A stretch of 32,000 bases of DNA. Source: Xylella taiwanensis. Its GTDB lineage: Bacteria; Pseudomonadota; Gammaproteobacteria; Xanthomonadales; Xanthomonadaceae. Positions within the stretch are counted from its first letter, which is position 1, and each line of letters starts with the position of its first letter. The stretch is taken from contig NZ_CP053627.1 of NCBI RefSeq assembly GCF_013177435.1, forward strand, positions 810,001 through 842,000, written 5' to 3'. A model generated the notes under the pieces. That model was not told where the DNA came from, did no database searches, and worked only from the letters and a program-made list of their open reading frames with translations. A program made the translations under genes and the position numbers. Below are positions 11,106-21,075 of this stretch, piece by piece.

Positions 11106-12416
11106 TCAGCTTGATGGTGCGATGTATCTGAGCAATGCGTGCAGGAGCAGTCCGATGAGCCCGCCGACCAATGTGCCGTTGAAGCGGATGTATTGCAGGT
11201 CGCGGCCCACACTCAGTTCCAGTTGCCGTGTTAGGTGATGTTCGTCCCAGCCTCTCATGGTCGAGGCGATGTGATGGGTGACAGTGTCGCGTAATTGTTC
11301 GCTGAGACGTTCACTGGCATCGAGAAGGTGCGTGTTCAATGTTTCGCACAGCGTTGGATCTGCGGAGAGCGCCTTGCCTAGTGATTGCAGCACACCTTCC
11401 AAATGTCCAGCCAATGTCGAGTCGGCACTTTCTAGGTCGGTGCGTAATGCGGTATTGATCTGTGTCCACAGATCCCGCACGTAGGTTTGTATGGTTGAGT
11501 GGTTGATCACGTGCTGTTTGAATTCCTCGACGTGCTTGGCTAATGCAGGATCGTCGCGCAGGCGATGTATGTAATCCCGCAACCACGTCTCGTACTCTTG
11601 GCGCAGTGGATGTTTGGGCGTGGTCAGGATCAGTTGCAGTTCCTCCAGTCCAGCGCGTGCGATGCGCTCGGCGAGACGGTCGCCGATGTCATCCACTGAG
11701 GTGATCCAATTCACGGTTCCCATCAGTGTTGGCCATTCACGGCGCGCATAGCGCACGATTAATGCAGAGGCCTGTGCTTTGACCTTGTCGTTGTCTAACC
11801 AACGCGCTAAACGCAGCAACGCTTCGTCGAACAGGCGTTGGTGGCGTCTATCGGTGGTGAGTAGCGTCATGAGGTCGCCGGTGGTAGTTGCGGCATTCCA
11901 TTCACGCAGATGTGTGATGACCAGGTTTTCGATCGCATGCCGGACCGTTGTTTCGTTGAGTAGATTCAGTGTCTGGATGGCCCAGCCACGCGTCATCTGC
12001 GTCAGCACATGCGCCTGCTTAGGTGTTGACAGCCATTGGCCCAGGCGTGCTGCGGGATTGAAGAGGCGCAATTTTTCAAGAAGGGACTGCGGCGCTAAAA
12101 AATGGTCACGCACGAAGTGTGCCAGACCATCGGCCAAGCGATCCTTGTTACGTGGCAGGATGGCCGTGTGAGGGATGGGTAGTCCCATCGGATGCCTGAA
12201 TAGCGCCACCACCGCAAACCAATCGGCCAGTGCACCTATCATGGCGGCCTCGCAGAAAGCACCAATCCAGGGCCAGATACCACGATTGCCTTGGGTATGG
12301 GCCAGCACGAAGCCGCCGAGCATGATCAGCAGCAGCAGCAGCGCCATCACTTTCATGAAACGTAGCTGGCGTAAGCGAGAATCAATGGCTGGAGGAGCGT
12401 GTTGGGAGTCGGGCAT
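11106..12416 (-). CDS. DUF445 (YjiN-like) membrane protein
   Basis: N-terminal LRQLRFMKVMALLLLLIMLGGFVL and the block ALFRHPMGLPIPHTAILPRNKDRLADGLAHFVRDHFL resemble DUF445. There is a C-terminal TM segment. The start is ambiguous: the ATG at 12416 has GGAGG directly abutting it, and the ATG at 12452 has no SD. Confidence 0.72.
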   Translation of the reverse strand: MPDSQHAPPAIDSRLRQLRFMKVMALLLLLIMLGGFVLAHTQGNRGIWPWIGAFCEAAMIGALADWFAVVALFRHPMGLPIPHTAILPRNKDRLADGLAHFVRDHFLAPQSLLEKLRLFNPAARLGQWLSTPKQAHVLTQMTRGWAIQTLNLLNETTVRHAIENLVITHLREWNAATTTGDLMTLLTTDRRHQRLFDEALLRLARWLDNDKVKAQASALIVRYARREWPTLMGTVNWITSVDDIGDRLAERIARAGLEELQLILTTPKHPLRQEYETWLRDYIHRLRDDPALAKHVEEFKQHVINHSTIQTYVRDLWTQINTALRTDLESADSTLAGHLEGVLQSLGKALSADPTLCETLNTHLLDASERLSEQLRDTVTHHIASTMRGWDEHHLTRQLELSVGRDLQYIRFNGTLVGGLIGLLLHALLRYIAPSS

Positions 12417-13898
12417 CCTCCAAGTGTAAGTAAGTGGGGCGCCAATCCGCATGATGCGGGGATGCTGGAGGCGCTGTCATACCGTGAGCGGTTCTTGAGT
12501 GATGCTGGTGATGAGGCTGTGCGGCCGTGGTTACATTTTCACGTATGCTCCAAACGCATCAGGGAGTAATGCGAACACCAGATCATGGTTGGTGCGTTTA
12601 TTGTCATTGTCATGCGTGGAGATGCGGTCAACAGACGTGATACGGTTGAATACGCACTCAATCACGTTTTCACTTGCATGCCAGTGTTGTGCGCTGCTGC
12701 TGGGGTCACCATCAATCACAGTTGTTTGTCCTCAATGTCCACTCCAAGAGGTGCACTAGGATTTGCAGCGCTTTTGGCATCTTCGCTCCATTGCGCTTGG
12801 CTGTGTTTGAGGTGTAAGCGACCATGGTGATATGGGTGCGTCATCGTCGTGTCGATCGAAATGTGTTGGGCTTTCACGACCCTTGTCATTTAAAGCGTCA
12901 TCCGGTGCAAAACATCGTTTGGCCGCTATCGGGAAAATGTATGTCAACGGTGTATTAGCGACTCAATTCCATCGGCACGCTTCACCACGGATACCGGAGC
13001 CGGCGTGGAGGAGGCTGTGGTGGTGAGTGTTATTGGTGCTGTCACCTACCTGGTGAGAGATGCATCCTTTGGCCTACATCAATACGTCATGATTCAGCAA
13101 CGTAACGGCCATGCTGAGTCTGCTCGCAAAATACGGATGTCAACAGCTCCAGGTGTGTGGTGCTCACGTCTAATCGATGTTAGGAGCTCCTCGAAGAGGT
13201 CCTGGGATACAGCGCTTCCCCTGAGTGATCAAGTTGGTAGATGGGCCAGTCTGGATCATGCGGTCAAGCAACGCGTCCCCGGTGCAAGGGTTGATTGGTT
13301 TTGGTCGGTGAACGGACGTGTTAGCTATCTCCAACGGATTGCATTTCAAGATCGGACTCATCAACATCCAACGTCTTAACACGTGCGATGGTGTTGCAGG
13401 TGAGCCGTGTTTCCAGCGTAGGAGTGTGTGGCGGTGTCCGTGCATCAATCTGGATGAAGTGTGTACTGCAAAAGCTCATGCCTTGTTGGACATGCTGCTT
13501 GTAAATCACTCTCCAGAAAACCATCGGTGCCTATGTGCTCGCTTGGCTTAAAATTCATTGCCTGCGTTCCGCACTGGCACCTGATGGGCGATTGCAATGA
13601 TCTGTCCTGGCTTTGCTGTGTAGCACAGACGCATGTGAAAGGCTGTTCTGGGGCATTTTCGTTGCTGGCCGATACATTACCTGGAATCGTTGGGTCACTG
13701 GAGTGACTGTGCGCTGGCAGGAGCAGCAGTATGCGGATCATGCCTAGAAGATGGGCATGCATGTTGTGAGTCGCGTTGCTTTCAGCATCAGCAAAGAACG
13801 AAAAGCAATACATGGATGTCTGGTGGTCCGCGTGTCAGTTCCAAAAACCAAGACCGCTGTGTGGTGATGTAGGCTTTGCGTCGATGCGACGTATGCAC

Positions 13899-14393
13899 TC
13901 AGTCGTCTATATGCGGTTTGGCGTTGTCTGGCGTGCCTGATGACGGGGCGCGTGTTTTCTTCTCGTTCCGTAGTTCAGTACGCAGCATCTCGATCTCGTG
14001 GCGTAATGCCTCAATCTCATCGCGGCTTGGTATCTTGAGGGTATGCAGGATACCTTGGATCCTTTCATCGAATAGCTGGTTCATCCGCCGCCAGTTGCGT
14101 TGCGTGTTTTCTAATGTTTCTTCGAGTTTGACTTCGACTTGTTCACGTATGTTTTCTGCGCCGTGACGCACACTTTCGCGGTTGCGTTGCTTGATTGCTT
14201 CGCCTTCATGCACAAGTGCTTCAAAGACGCGGGCACCTTCGGACTGCACACGCCCGAGGGCACCGAGCCCTGCAAGCCAGATCTGCTCCGCAGATTTGCC
14301 CAAGCGCTGCGTGAACTCTTCGTTGTCATGACCGTCTGTCTGCTTGTTTGGGTCTTGGTGGGAGGTGTGTTCATGGTGATTGGTATGGATCAT
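13899..14393 (-). CDS. PHA granule-associated protein (PhaF/PhaI-type phasin)
   Basis: The ATG at 14393 is preceded by GAGGAG with a 7-nt spacer. AEQIWLAGLGALGRVQSEGARVFEALVHEGE and LKIPSRDEIEALRHEIEMLRTEL match the two conserved blocks of Pseudomonas PhaI/PhaF N-domains. The 109-aa upstream extension in the ORF track is not protein-like. Confidence 0.85.
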   Translation of the reverse strand: MIHTNHHEHTSHQDPNKQTDGHDNEEFTQRLGKSAEQIWLAGLGALGRVQSEGARVFEALVHEGEAIKQRNRESVRHGAENIREQVEVKLEETLENTQRNWRRMNQLFDERIQGILHTLKIPSRDEIEALRHEIEMLRTELRNEKKTRAPSSGTPDNAKPHIDD

Positions 14394-14431
14394 GGTGACT
14401 CTCCTCGTCCGGGATAAAAGCGGGATACCCA

Positions 14432-14458
14432 AATATACGCTGCTAGCAGCATTTCCAA
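14432..14458 (-). promoter_or_regulatory. candidate sigma70-like promoter of the phasin gene with a palindrome in its spacer
   Basis: The minus strand reads TTGGAA, a 15-nt spacer, then TATATT. The perfect 12-bp palindrome GCTGCTAGCAGC (14439-14450) fills the spacer. The -10 element lies about 40 nt upstream of the ATG. Confidence 0.3.
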
Positions 14459-14908
14459 GGGACATAATGTCAAGTGTCAGGTGGAATATCTTGCGTGGTG
14501 TCTTTGTGGCGATTCTGCAGGGCGTTACGGCGAGGATAGTGTGTCCTTGGTGTTGATGACGCTTTGTGATCAGGTCAACAGAGAATGGAGCTTGACATGA
14601 ACCCGGATCGGTCCTGGTTGCGGTGTGATTGCCCTGGATACCATCGTTCCGGAGAAGGGTAATGCGGCTCCGTTTTTTAATGAGTGTATGTGAAAGTGCG
14701 AGATGAGCTTTGTAGCTCATGCGGCGATGCTGAGGCAGATGTGTGCCGTCGTCAGGGAGTGGATATTGGTCATCGTGATCCAGGGCATGGCAGTATCGGG
14801 TTCATCCAGGTGAGTGTATGTGTCTGACCAGTCTTGATGCCGCCAGTGGCATGTACTCCAAGAGGCTTGTGCTTCAGCAAGTGAGTTCAAACTGCTAGGC
14901 TCCCGGCG

Positions 14909-15709
14909 GTGAATATCCTGCAAATTCATTTTTCTCAGCAGCAACAGCCTGATCATGCTCTCTCTCCGGGAGTGCATCGTATCGTCAGGCATGCGTCCGG
15001 AATCGTTGCCTTTGCCGATGACGCACCGGGGGGAGGGGTTGTGTTGGCGCAGTTCTCCTTGGATAACCGTGGTCTTTGGTTACAAGTGGCCAAGGGCATT
15101 CGTGGCATTCATGTCAATGGCCGTCCGGTGCGGCGTATGGCCTGGTTGCGTCCCGGCGATGCAGTCTATGCCGACGGTGTGGAAATGCTCGTGCTTGGTG
15201 TTCAAGCTGGACCACCCGATGACGACACCGCCACGCTTGATGGGAACTGCTTGGTGTTGCGTGGTGTTGGTGGACGTCACTATGGGCGCAGTTTCACTCT
15301 GGAGACACCATGTATCGTCGGGCAGGAGCGAGGTGTTGATATCTTGATCGATGATCCGGTTTTCGCGGCTCGTCATGCCCAGTTAGAGCGGCATGGTGAC
15401 CGGGTGCTCTTGCGTGATCTTGGTTCGGAGGACGGTAGCATGGTCAATGGTTGCAAGGTCCGCGATGCTTGGTTGCAGGCGGGTGATCAAGTTGTGTTCG
15501 ACGGTCAGCACCGTTTTGTGCTGGAGAGCCCGCGTTTTTTGTTGTCGCCAATGCTGGGTTCGATGCCAGAGGAAGTCGCCGTTCCGCTGGCACCGGCGGC
15601 TGTGTCTGTTCTAACGCCGCATCGTGCTGCCCGTTGGCCGTGGTTGTTGCTTAGTGCGTTATTGCTGGCGGCAGCGCTTAGCGCGTTGTTATGGTTTGAC
15701 GTGCGTTAA
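14909..15709 (+). CDS. membrane-anchored protein with two FHA-like domains
   Basis: The second domain, GRSFTLETPCIVGQERGVDILIDDPVFAARHAQLERHGDRVLLRDLGSEDGSMVNGCKV, follows the FHA pattern. A weaker N-terminal copy ends in IHVNGRPVRRMAWLRPGDAVYADGVEMLV. There is a C-terminal TM segment, WPWLLLSALLLAAALSALLWF. The GTG start has no obvious SD. Confidence 0.78.
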   Translation: MNILQIHFSQQQQPDHALSPGVHRIVRHASGIVAFADDAPGGGVVLAQFSLDNRGLWLQVAKGIRGIHVNGRPVRRMAWLRPGDAVYADGVEMLVLGVQAGPPDDDTATLDGNCLVLRGVGGRHYGRSFTLETPCIVGQERGVDILIDDPVFAARHAQLERHGDRVLLRDLGSEDGSMVNGCKVRDAWLQAGDQVVFDGQHRFVLESPRFLLSPMLGSMPEEVAVPLAPAAVSVLTPHRAARWPWLLLSALLLAAALSALLWFDVR

Positions 15710-16418
15710 TCATTCCAGATCATCGGGAGTGTTGGGGAGGCTGCATACGGTGGTGATTCGCGAAGAATGCAATTTCTTAGGACATACGCATGGGAAATGC
15801 AAAGTTCCGTAAGAATGCAGATCATCCTGATCATGAAGGAAGAACAATTCAGCTGAAAAGTAAACTAAAACAGATGAATTACTCACGCTGTTGAGCAGAC
15901 ATTGGACGTGTTGCATTTGGTGCTGTAGTTCTCTTTGCAGCGTTGCAATGCAACGGTCTGTCGTTTATCAGAACTGCTTTGGAACACACGAGAGAACCAT
16001 GCGGTTGCGTTGGGTTATTACCAACGGGTGAAGCCGGCTCAGTATGGCGGCATCGAACAGCTGAGTGGCACCGGCTTGTCCAGCTGTGGAAACGTGATCT
16101 TTGGGCATGCTCCGGAGTAGAACGGCAGCGTGGTCGAAGATACGCAGTGACCACTAGCGATTTCAATGCACATCCAACGGGTGAGATTCTGGGCATTCAA
16201 AAAAATAGCAGGGTACTTTGGAGCATTTGATGAGCTGATCACTCGCGGCAGCAGCATGTTTTGTTTGGGTGCCTTGATTCGGACAATATGGCGTTTCAGA
16301 CATTGGTGAGTGCGATGGCTCGCATCACTGACTCTGAGTGTGCGATAGGTTGGATTGCTGTTTTTCCACAGGTGTTGCTGGTCTTGGGTTTGTGCGGAGT
16401 TGCCCTGATAATGGCGCT

Positions 16419-16697
16419 ATGGAGATCAAGTCCGATAATCCTGAGCATGGTTTTCAGTTCCCCGGCACCTTCACATTGAGCGCGGTAGGGACGGCTGGCA
16501 AGGCGTTGGAGACTGAATTGCCACGTTTGCTTGCGGTGGCTGGCGTGGCACTGGTGCAGGAGAGTATCAGTTGGAAGCATTCCTCAACCGGCAAGTATGT
16601 GTTGGTGCGGATTAGCTTCCGTGCATTAGACCGGGGGCAGTACGCGGCTGCTCACCAAGTGTTGCGTGACCATCCAGAAGTCAAGTGGACGCTGTGA
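16419..16697 (+). CDS. ybeD: YbeD/DUF493 family protein
   Basis: 92 aa starting [24 protein letters not shown] (the FPc.F.lKvvG pattern of the family). It lies immediately upstream of lipB, as in E. coli. Confidence 0.85.
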   Translation: MEIKSDNPEHGFQFPGTFTLSAVGTAGKALETELPRLLAVAGVALVQESISWKHSSTGKYVLVRISFRALDRGQYAAAHQVLRDHPEVKWTL

Positions 16698-17386
16698 ATG
16701 CATGTGGCGCCTTTGCGCCTTCTCATGTTGAGCGTTCTGTGCTGCTGCGTATGTTAGGTAGCCAGCCTTATGTGCCGGTGTGGCATGCGATGCAGCGCTT
16801 TACGGATGTACGTGATGATGCCAGCGTTGACGAGCTGTGGGTGGTTGAGCACGACCCGGTGTTCACGCTCGGACAGGCTGGGAAGCTTGAGCACGTGCTT
16901 GATCCTGGAGAGATCCCAGTGGTACATGTGGACCGCGGCGGTCAGGTCACTTACCACGGCCCTGGTCAGTTGGTGGTTTATCCATTGCTGGATCTACGTC
17001 GTCTGGGGCTTGGCGTGCGTGATTATGTATACGCGATTGAGCAGGTGGTGATCGATACGCTGGCTGGGTGGAATATTCTGGGTGAGCGGCGTGAGCATGC
17101 GCCCGGTGTCTATGTTGGTGGTGCCAAAATTGCTGCGCTTGGTATTCGTGTGCGCCGTGGTTGCAGCTTCCACGGTGTGTCGTTCAATGTTGCGATGGAT
17201 CTGAAGCCGTTCCAACGCATTAATCCTTGCGGTTACCGGGGGCTGCGGGTGACCTCGGTGTTAGACTTGGGTGGTCCTTCTGGAATGGACGTGGTGACGT
17301 CTGCGTTGCTGGCTGAGTTGGCCCGACAGTTTGGCTTCGTGTTGCAACCCACCTCCGGATCTTCTGGTTTTTTATGTGCGGTCTAG
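16685..17386 (+). CDS. lipB: octanoyltransferase
   Basis: [62 protein letters not shown] and INPCGY are collinear with E. coli LipB. The GTG at 16685 overlaps the ybeD end; the exact start is uncertain. Confidence 0.93.
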   Translation: MDAVNACGAFAPSHVERSVLLRMLGSQPYVPVWHAMQRFTDVRDDASVDELWVVEHDPVFTLGQAGKLEHVLDPGEIPVVHVDRGGQVTYHGPGQLVVYPLLDLRRLGLGVRDYVYAIEQVVIDTLAGWNILGERREHAPGVYVGGAKIAALGIRVRRGCSFHGVSFNVAMDLKPFQRINPCGYRGLRVTSVLDLGGPSGMDVVTSALLAELARQFGFVLQPTSGSSGFLCAV

Positions 17387-17402
17387 CCGATTTGGTATTG
17401 CG

Positions 17403-18413
17403 ATGACTCAACCTACTGTCCGTTCTATCCCATTGCATGTTGTCTCCATTGATCATCCTCCATCTTCTCCATTGCAGCCTGGAGCAAAGCAGTGGGGTGA
17501 GGATAAGATTGGTCGCTCGCCTGTGCAGTTTGCAGACGTGCCGGTGTTGCGTAAACCATCGTGGATCCGGGTCCGTATTCCATCGGGTAACGTGGTGCAA
17601 ACTCTTAAAACCAAACTGCGTGAGAATCGTTTGGTTACGGTGTGTGAAGAGGCGAGCTGTCCTAATATCCACGAGTGCTTTAGCCATGGTACGGCGACCT
17701 TCATGATTCTGGGTGAGGTGTGCACGCGTCGCTGTTCATTTTGCGATGTGGCGCATGGTCGCCCCAAGCCGCCGGACCCGCATGAGCCAACCAACCTGGC
17801 CCGCACCGTGGCTGATATGGGCTTGAAGTACGTGGTAGTCACCAGTGTGGACCGTGATGACCTGCGCGACGGTGGCGCCCAACATTTTGTCGATTGCATC
17901 GCTGCGATCCGCCATAGCGCGCCGCACACTCGCATCGAGATTCTGACTCCGGATTTCCGGGGCAAAGGGCGTATGGATCGTGCGCTGGAAGTTTTGGCGG
18001 CCTGTCCGCCAGATGTGTTCAACCATAACGTCGAAACTGTGCCCGCTTTGTATCCCAACGTGCGACCGGGAGCGGATTACCAATGGTCGCTGACTCTCTT
18101 GAAACGCTTCAAAGCACAGCATCCGCAGCGACCCACCAAGTCCGGCATCATGCTCGGTTTGGGGGAGACGCTGGATCAGGTACAGGCGACGTTGCGCGAC
18201 TTGCGTGCCCATGACGTGGACATGGTCACGATTGGCCAGTACCTGCAGCCGACCTCGCATCATCATCCGGTGTTGCGCTATTGGACCCCGGATGAGTATC
18301 AGGCGCTGGAGGACTACGGTACCGCGCTGGGTTTCAGCCACGTTGCTTCAGGCCCTATGGTGCGTTCTTCCTATCACGCGGACCGTCAAGCGAAAGAGGC
18401 GGGTGTGGGGTGA
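17403..18413 (+). CDS. lipA: lipoyl synthase (radical SAM)
   Basis: N-terminal cluster [12 protein letters not shown] and radical-SAM motif CTRRCSFC are both present. Start taken at [11 protein letters not shown] rather than the ORF-track extension that overlaps lipB. Confidence 0.97.
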   Translation: MTQPTVRSIPLHVVSIDHPPSSPLQPGAKQWGEDKIGRSPVQFADVPVLRKPSWIRVRIPSGNVVQTLKTKLRENRLVTVCEEASCPNIHECFSHGTATFMILGEVCTRRCSFCDVAHGRPKPPDPHEPTNLARTVADMGLKYVVVTSVDRDDLRDGGAQHFVDCIAAIRHSAPHTRIEILTPDFRGKGRMDRALEVLAACPPDVFNHNVETVPALYPNVRPGADYQWSLTLLKRFKAQHPQRPTKSGIMLGLGETLDQVQATLRDLRAHDVDMVTIGQYLQPTSHHHPVLRYWTPDEYQALEDYGTALGFSHVASGPMVRSSYHADRQAKEAGVG

Positions 18414-19705
18414 ATGCCCGTGCTCAATCGGATGCTACAGCGCTCTAACGGGCGCTGATATCGCTTCATTGGATTCAGGTGTCCGTTGCCGGGTTGGAGT
18501 GCTGTTTATCTGCGAATTTCAGAAGCAGTGTCGTCTCTGGTGGATCGGCTGGCAGGGGCAGGCGACCCTGGCTGGATTCTGCTGTCTGCCGTTTCTATGA
18601 CGCCGTGTCGAGCAATATGGCGTATCTCGTATTTCATGGTGCGTTGCAGCTTCATTTGAACCGTGTCATCACGCTTGGCAGCGAGGTAGATAGTGGTTTG
18701 CTCAGTTTGGGGGACGTGTTGCTGCATTTGCGTCAATGCTAGGCGCACGATGATGTCTGGGTGATTGGCTGGGCACGTGTGGATGCGCCTGCTAAGCAGA
18801 GTGTTGCCAGGATTGACGATGTTCTGGTGCGTCATAGGGCGGACTATCGAAGCGCGGTTGCCGAGTGCGATTTGCCATTCGTTGACATTGCTGACTAGAC
18901 GATTCGCGGCATCGCATTCTCAAGGAATACGGCAGTGGTGATCGCTGCTTGAGGTGCGCATTGAACAAGTGCAGGGCAGCGTTTCTCTTCGATGCGTTGC
19001 AGCTGGTCTGTGACAACGACGCCCCCACAGCGGATCCGGAATCGGATGTTCCAGATGATGAGAAGCGGCCCGCTTGGACAGCAGCGTTGGATTGGCTGAA
19101 GACGACGGTTGCAGCAGCGATGCAACGTGGTGGTTCGTTTTGATCTCTGACGAAGCGGCTAGCGAGACGTCAATGAGGTTATCTGGGTTGTGTTCGTAAA
19201 ATGAGCACACCGCGTGATGATCATTGACATAAAACAGGCGTGTCGTAACGGAGAGCTTGTTAGGTGTAAACGCCGGAAGACGGAGCATGACGTGTTGCAC
19301 TCTGGGTGTTATCGGGCATGCATGGAGACAGCGGTATGCAGTGGCCGAGAGATGTGCGAATGCCGATGAGGTATGGGGAAACATTGTTTCTTAGCCACAA
19401 GATACGAGGTGAGTACTTTTAAATGACTGCGAACTTTCAGAAGAAGTATTTGGAAAATGATCTTTGCAGTGCGTTGTCCAGTACATAGTACAGATCGCAT
19501 GTCTGTATTCATGCGACGCAACGTTTTTTATCATTCTTCCGGTGGATGCAATGCATGCTAAAGCAGCATTATTGTTTCGATGCATATAGGGTGTTACATA
19601 GGGATGAATACACGCTAGAAATGATGTTGGCAGCAGCATACATCGATTTTCAATCGGTTCTTAAGCGTTCTAAATACTGCCGTTCTGATTTATTTAGGGG
19701 GAATA

Positions 19706-21037
19706 ATGGTAACGGATAAAAATATCGATATAGATTTATTGTCTATAGATTTAAATAATTTTCGTCTTGGTGAATATGAAGATGTTAGAGCGGCCTATCG
19801 AGCCATGTTGGATGAGCAGAAAGAAAAGCTAGTCAATTTGGCTTCGGACATTCTTGAGAATGGATTAAGTCCGGCGGAGCGATTGATTGTTGTTCCGGAT
19901 GCAGATGAGCCTGGATGTTTTATTGTATGTGAAGGCAATCGCCGTTTGACTGCGATTCGAATGATGGCTGATCCACAGTTTGCTGCAGGCACGCTTTATT
20001 ATTCCGGCTTTGTTCGCCTGTCGAAGCAATTTCAAAAGTTTCCGATCACAACGCTTCCATGTACAGTGCTTCCCAATAAAGACGCCGCATTTATCTGGAT
20101 AGAGCGCAAACATAATCCGAATGAAGGAAAGGGGCTCGCTGTTGGCGGTGCTGGATTTTTTGCGTACTCAGTCAGCGCTGCCAAAGGGGCTTGAACAGGC
20201 AACGCGCGGCAGGACTTCCAATCTCGATCGTGTGTTCCAAATGCCTTATATGGCATCTGCTTGGGGGTGAAGATCGAGAAGACATGAAGCGTTACATTCG
20301 AGAATGGCGATGAAGCTCAAGGTGTGCAGTTGCTCATAGCGATGATCAAGCGCATGACCGCGGATAATTTCAACGTGAATAACATCCGTTTAAAGGAGCA
20401 ACGCAGGGCTTTTATCGATGAATTCACACCTTGGGCATGCAATGCACCGTTGAGGTCGATGCCTACATCCCCTGCGAAGTTAATCACGACGTATCAGTAG
20501 AAGAAGCCGAAACGTTCTGAGTCAGATCAACGCGCACGCAAGTTACTTGCATTATTGGGTGAGCAGTATGATTTGAATATCAAGGATAAACGCCTTGCAG
20601 CGCTGTATCACGAGGCTAAAGCGATTAACGTTACAACATTGACCAACTCAGCATTGATGCTGTGTCGCGTATTTCTGGAGTTGAGCACGGACTATTTTTT
20701 GGAAACGATGAAGGTTGCTGTGCCGCATTAGAAACCCGGTCAGAGAACATGGACATCTTGGTCAGACCAGGGATTGTCTCTTGCAACAAAAATTAACGCG
20801 GTGCTTGGTGTACTGGACCCCACTGGAAAGGCGAAGACATTTGTAGAGGCGAGAAAAGGGATCCGAACTAAGGAGGCTATTCATTTTGTCGGTAATTTGC
20901 ATGATTTCATCCATAACCTGAGTGTGGTTCCTGATCAGACCGAGGTGAAGATGATTTGGGAGAAATGGCATGATTACTTTGATGGTCTCTTTAGACACGT
21001 TGCGAACGTAGCGCTGGTCAAGTCGAAAGAATCTTGA
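19706..21037 (+). pseudogene. ParB/Srx-fold N-terminal domain protein, disrupted by four in-frame stop codons
   Basis: The N-terminus IDIDLLSIDLNNFRLG...LASDILENGLSPAERLIVVPDADEPGCFIVCEGNRRLTAIRMM fits the ParB N-domain pattern ending in a G-x-R-R motif. One reading frame stays protein-like from 19706 to 21037. It is interrupted by TGA at 20192, TGA at 20285, TAG at 20498 and TAG at 20729. An AGGGGG SD lies 6 nt before the ATG. The 5' end is very AT-rich. Confidence 0.7.
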
Positions 21038-21075
21038 TGGCAACATGCTGAAATCAATTCGTGGAGCGTTGTGTC

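Noticed and set aside
15710-16418. A decayed dacA-like D,D-carboxypeptidase gene upstream of ybeD, expected from the E. coli dacA-ybeD-lipB order.
   Set aside because: Reading all frames by eye I found no SxxK, SxN or KTG motif and no extended protein-like frame. It remains testable by tblastx, but this inspection does not support it.
17453-18341. Large antisense or overlapping ORFs inside confident genes. Examples are 17453-18058 and 17736-18341 opposite lipA, 27367-27990 opposite parE, 29800-30354 opposite pyrG, 21318-21842 opposite the methylase remnant and 1244-1813 opposite the MscS gene.
   Set aside because: These are shadow ORFs typical of mid/high-GC coding DNA. Their products are Arg/Ser/Pro/Cys-rich and low in complexity, and they have no independent motif or SD.
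18920-19384. A 154-aa minus-strand ORF upstream of the ParB-like gene.
   Set aside because: Its His/Pro/Ser/Thr-rich product has no motif or SD. The composition is what translating the AC-rich complement of a GT-biased region would give.
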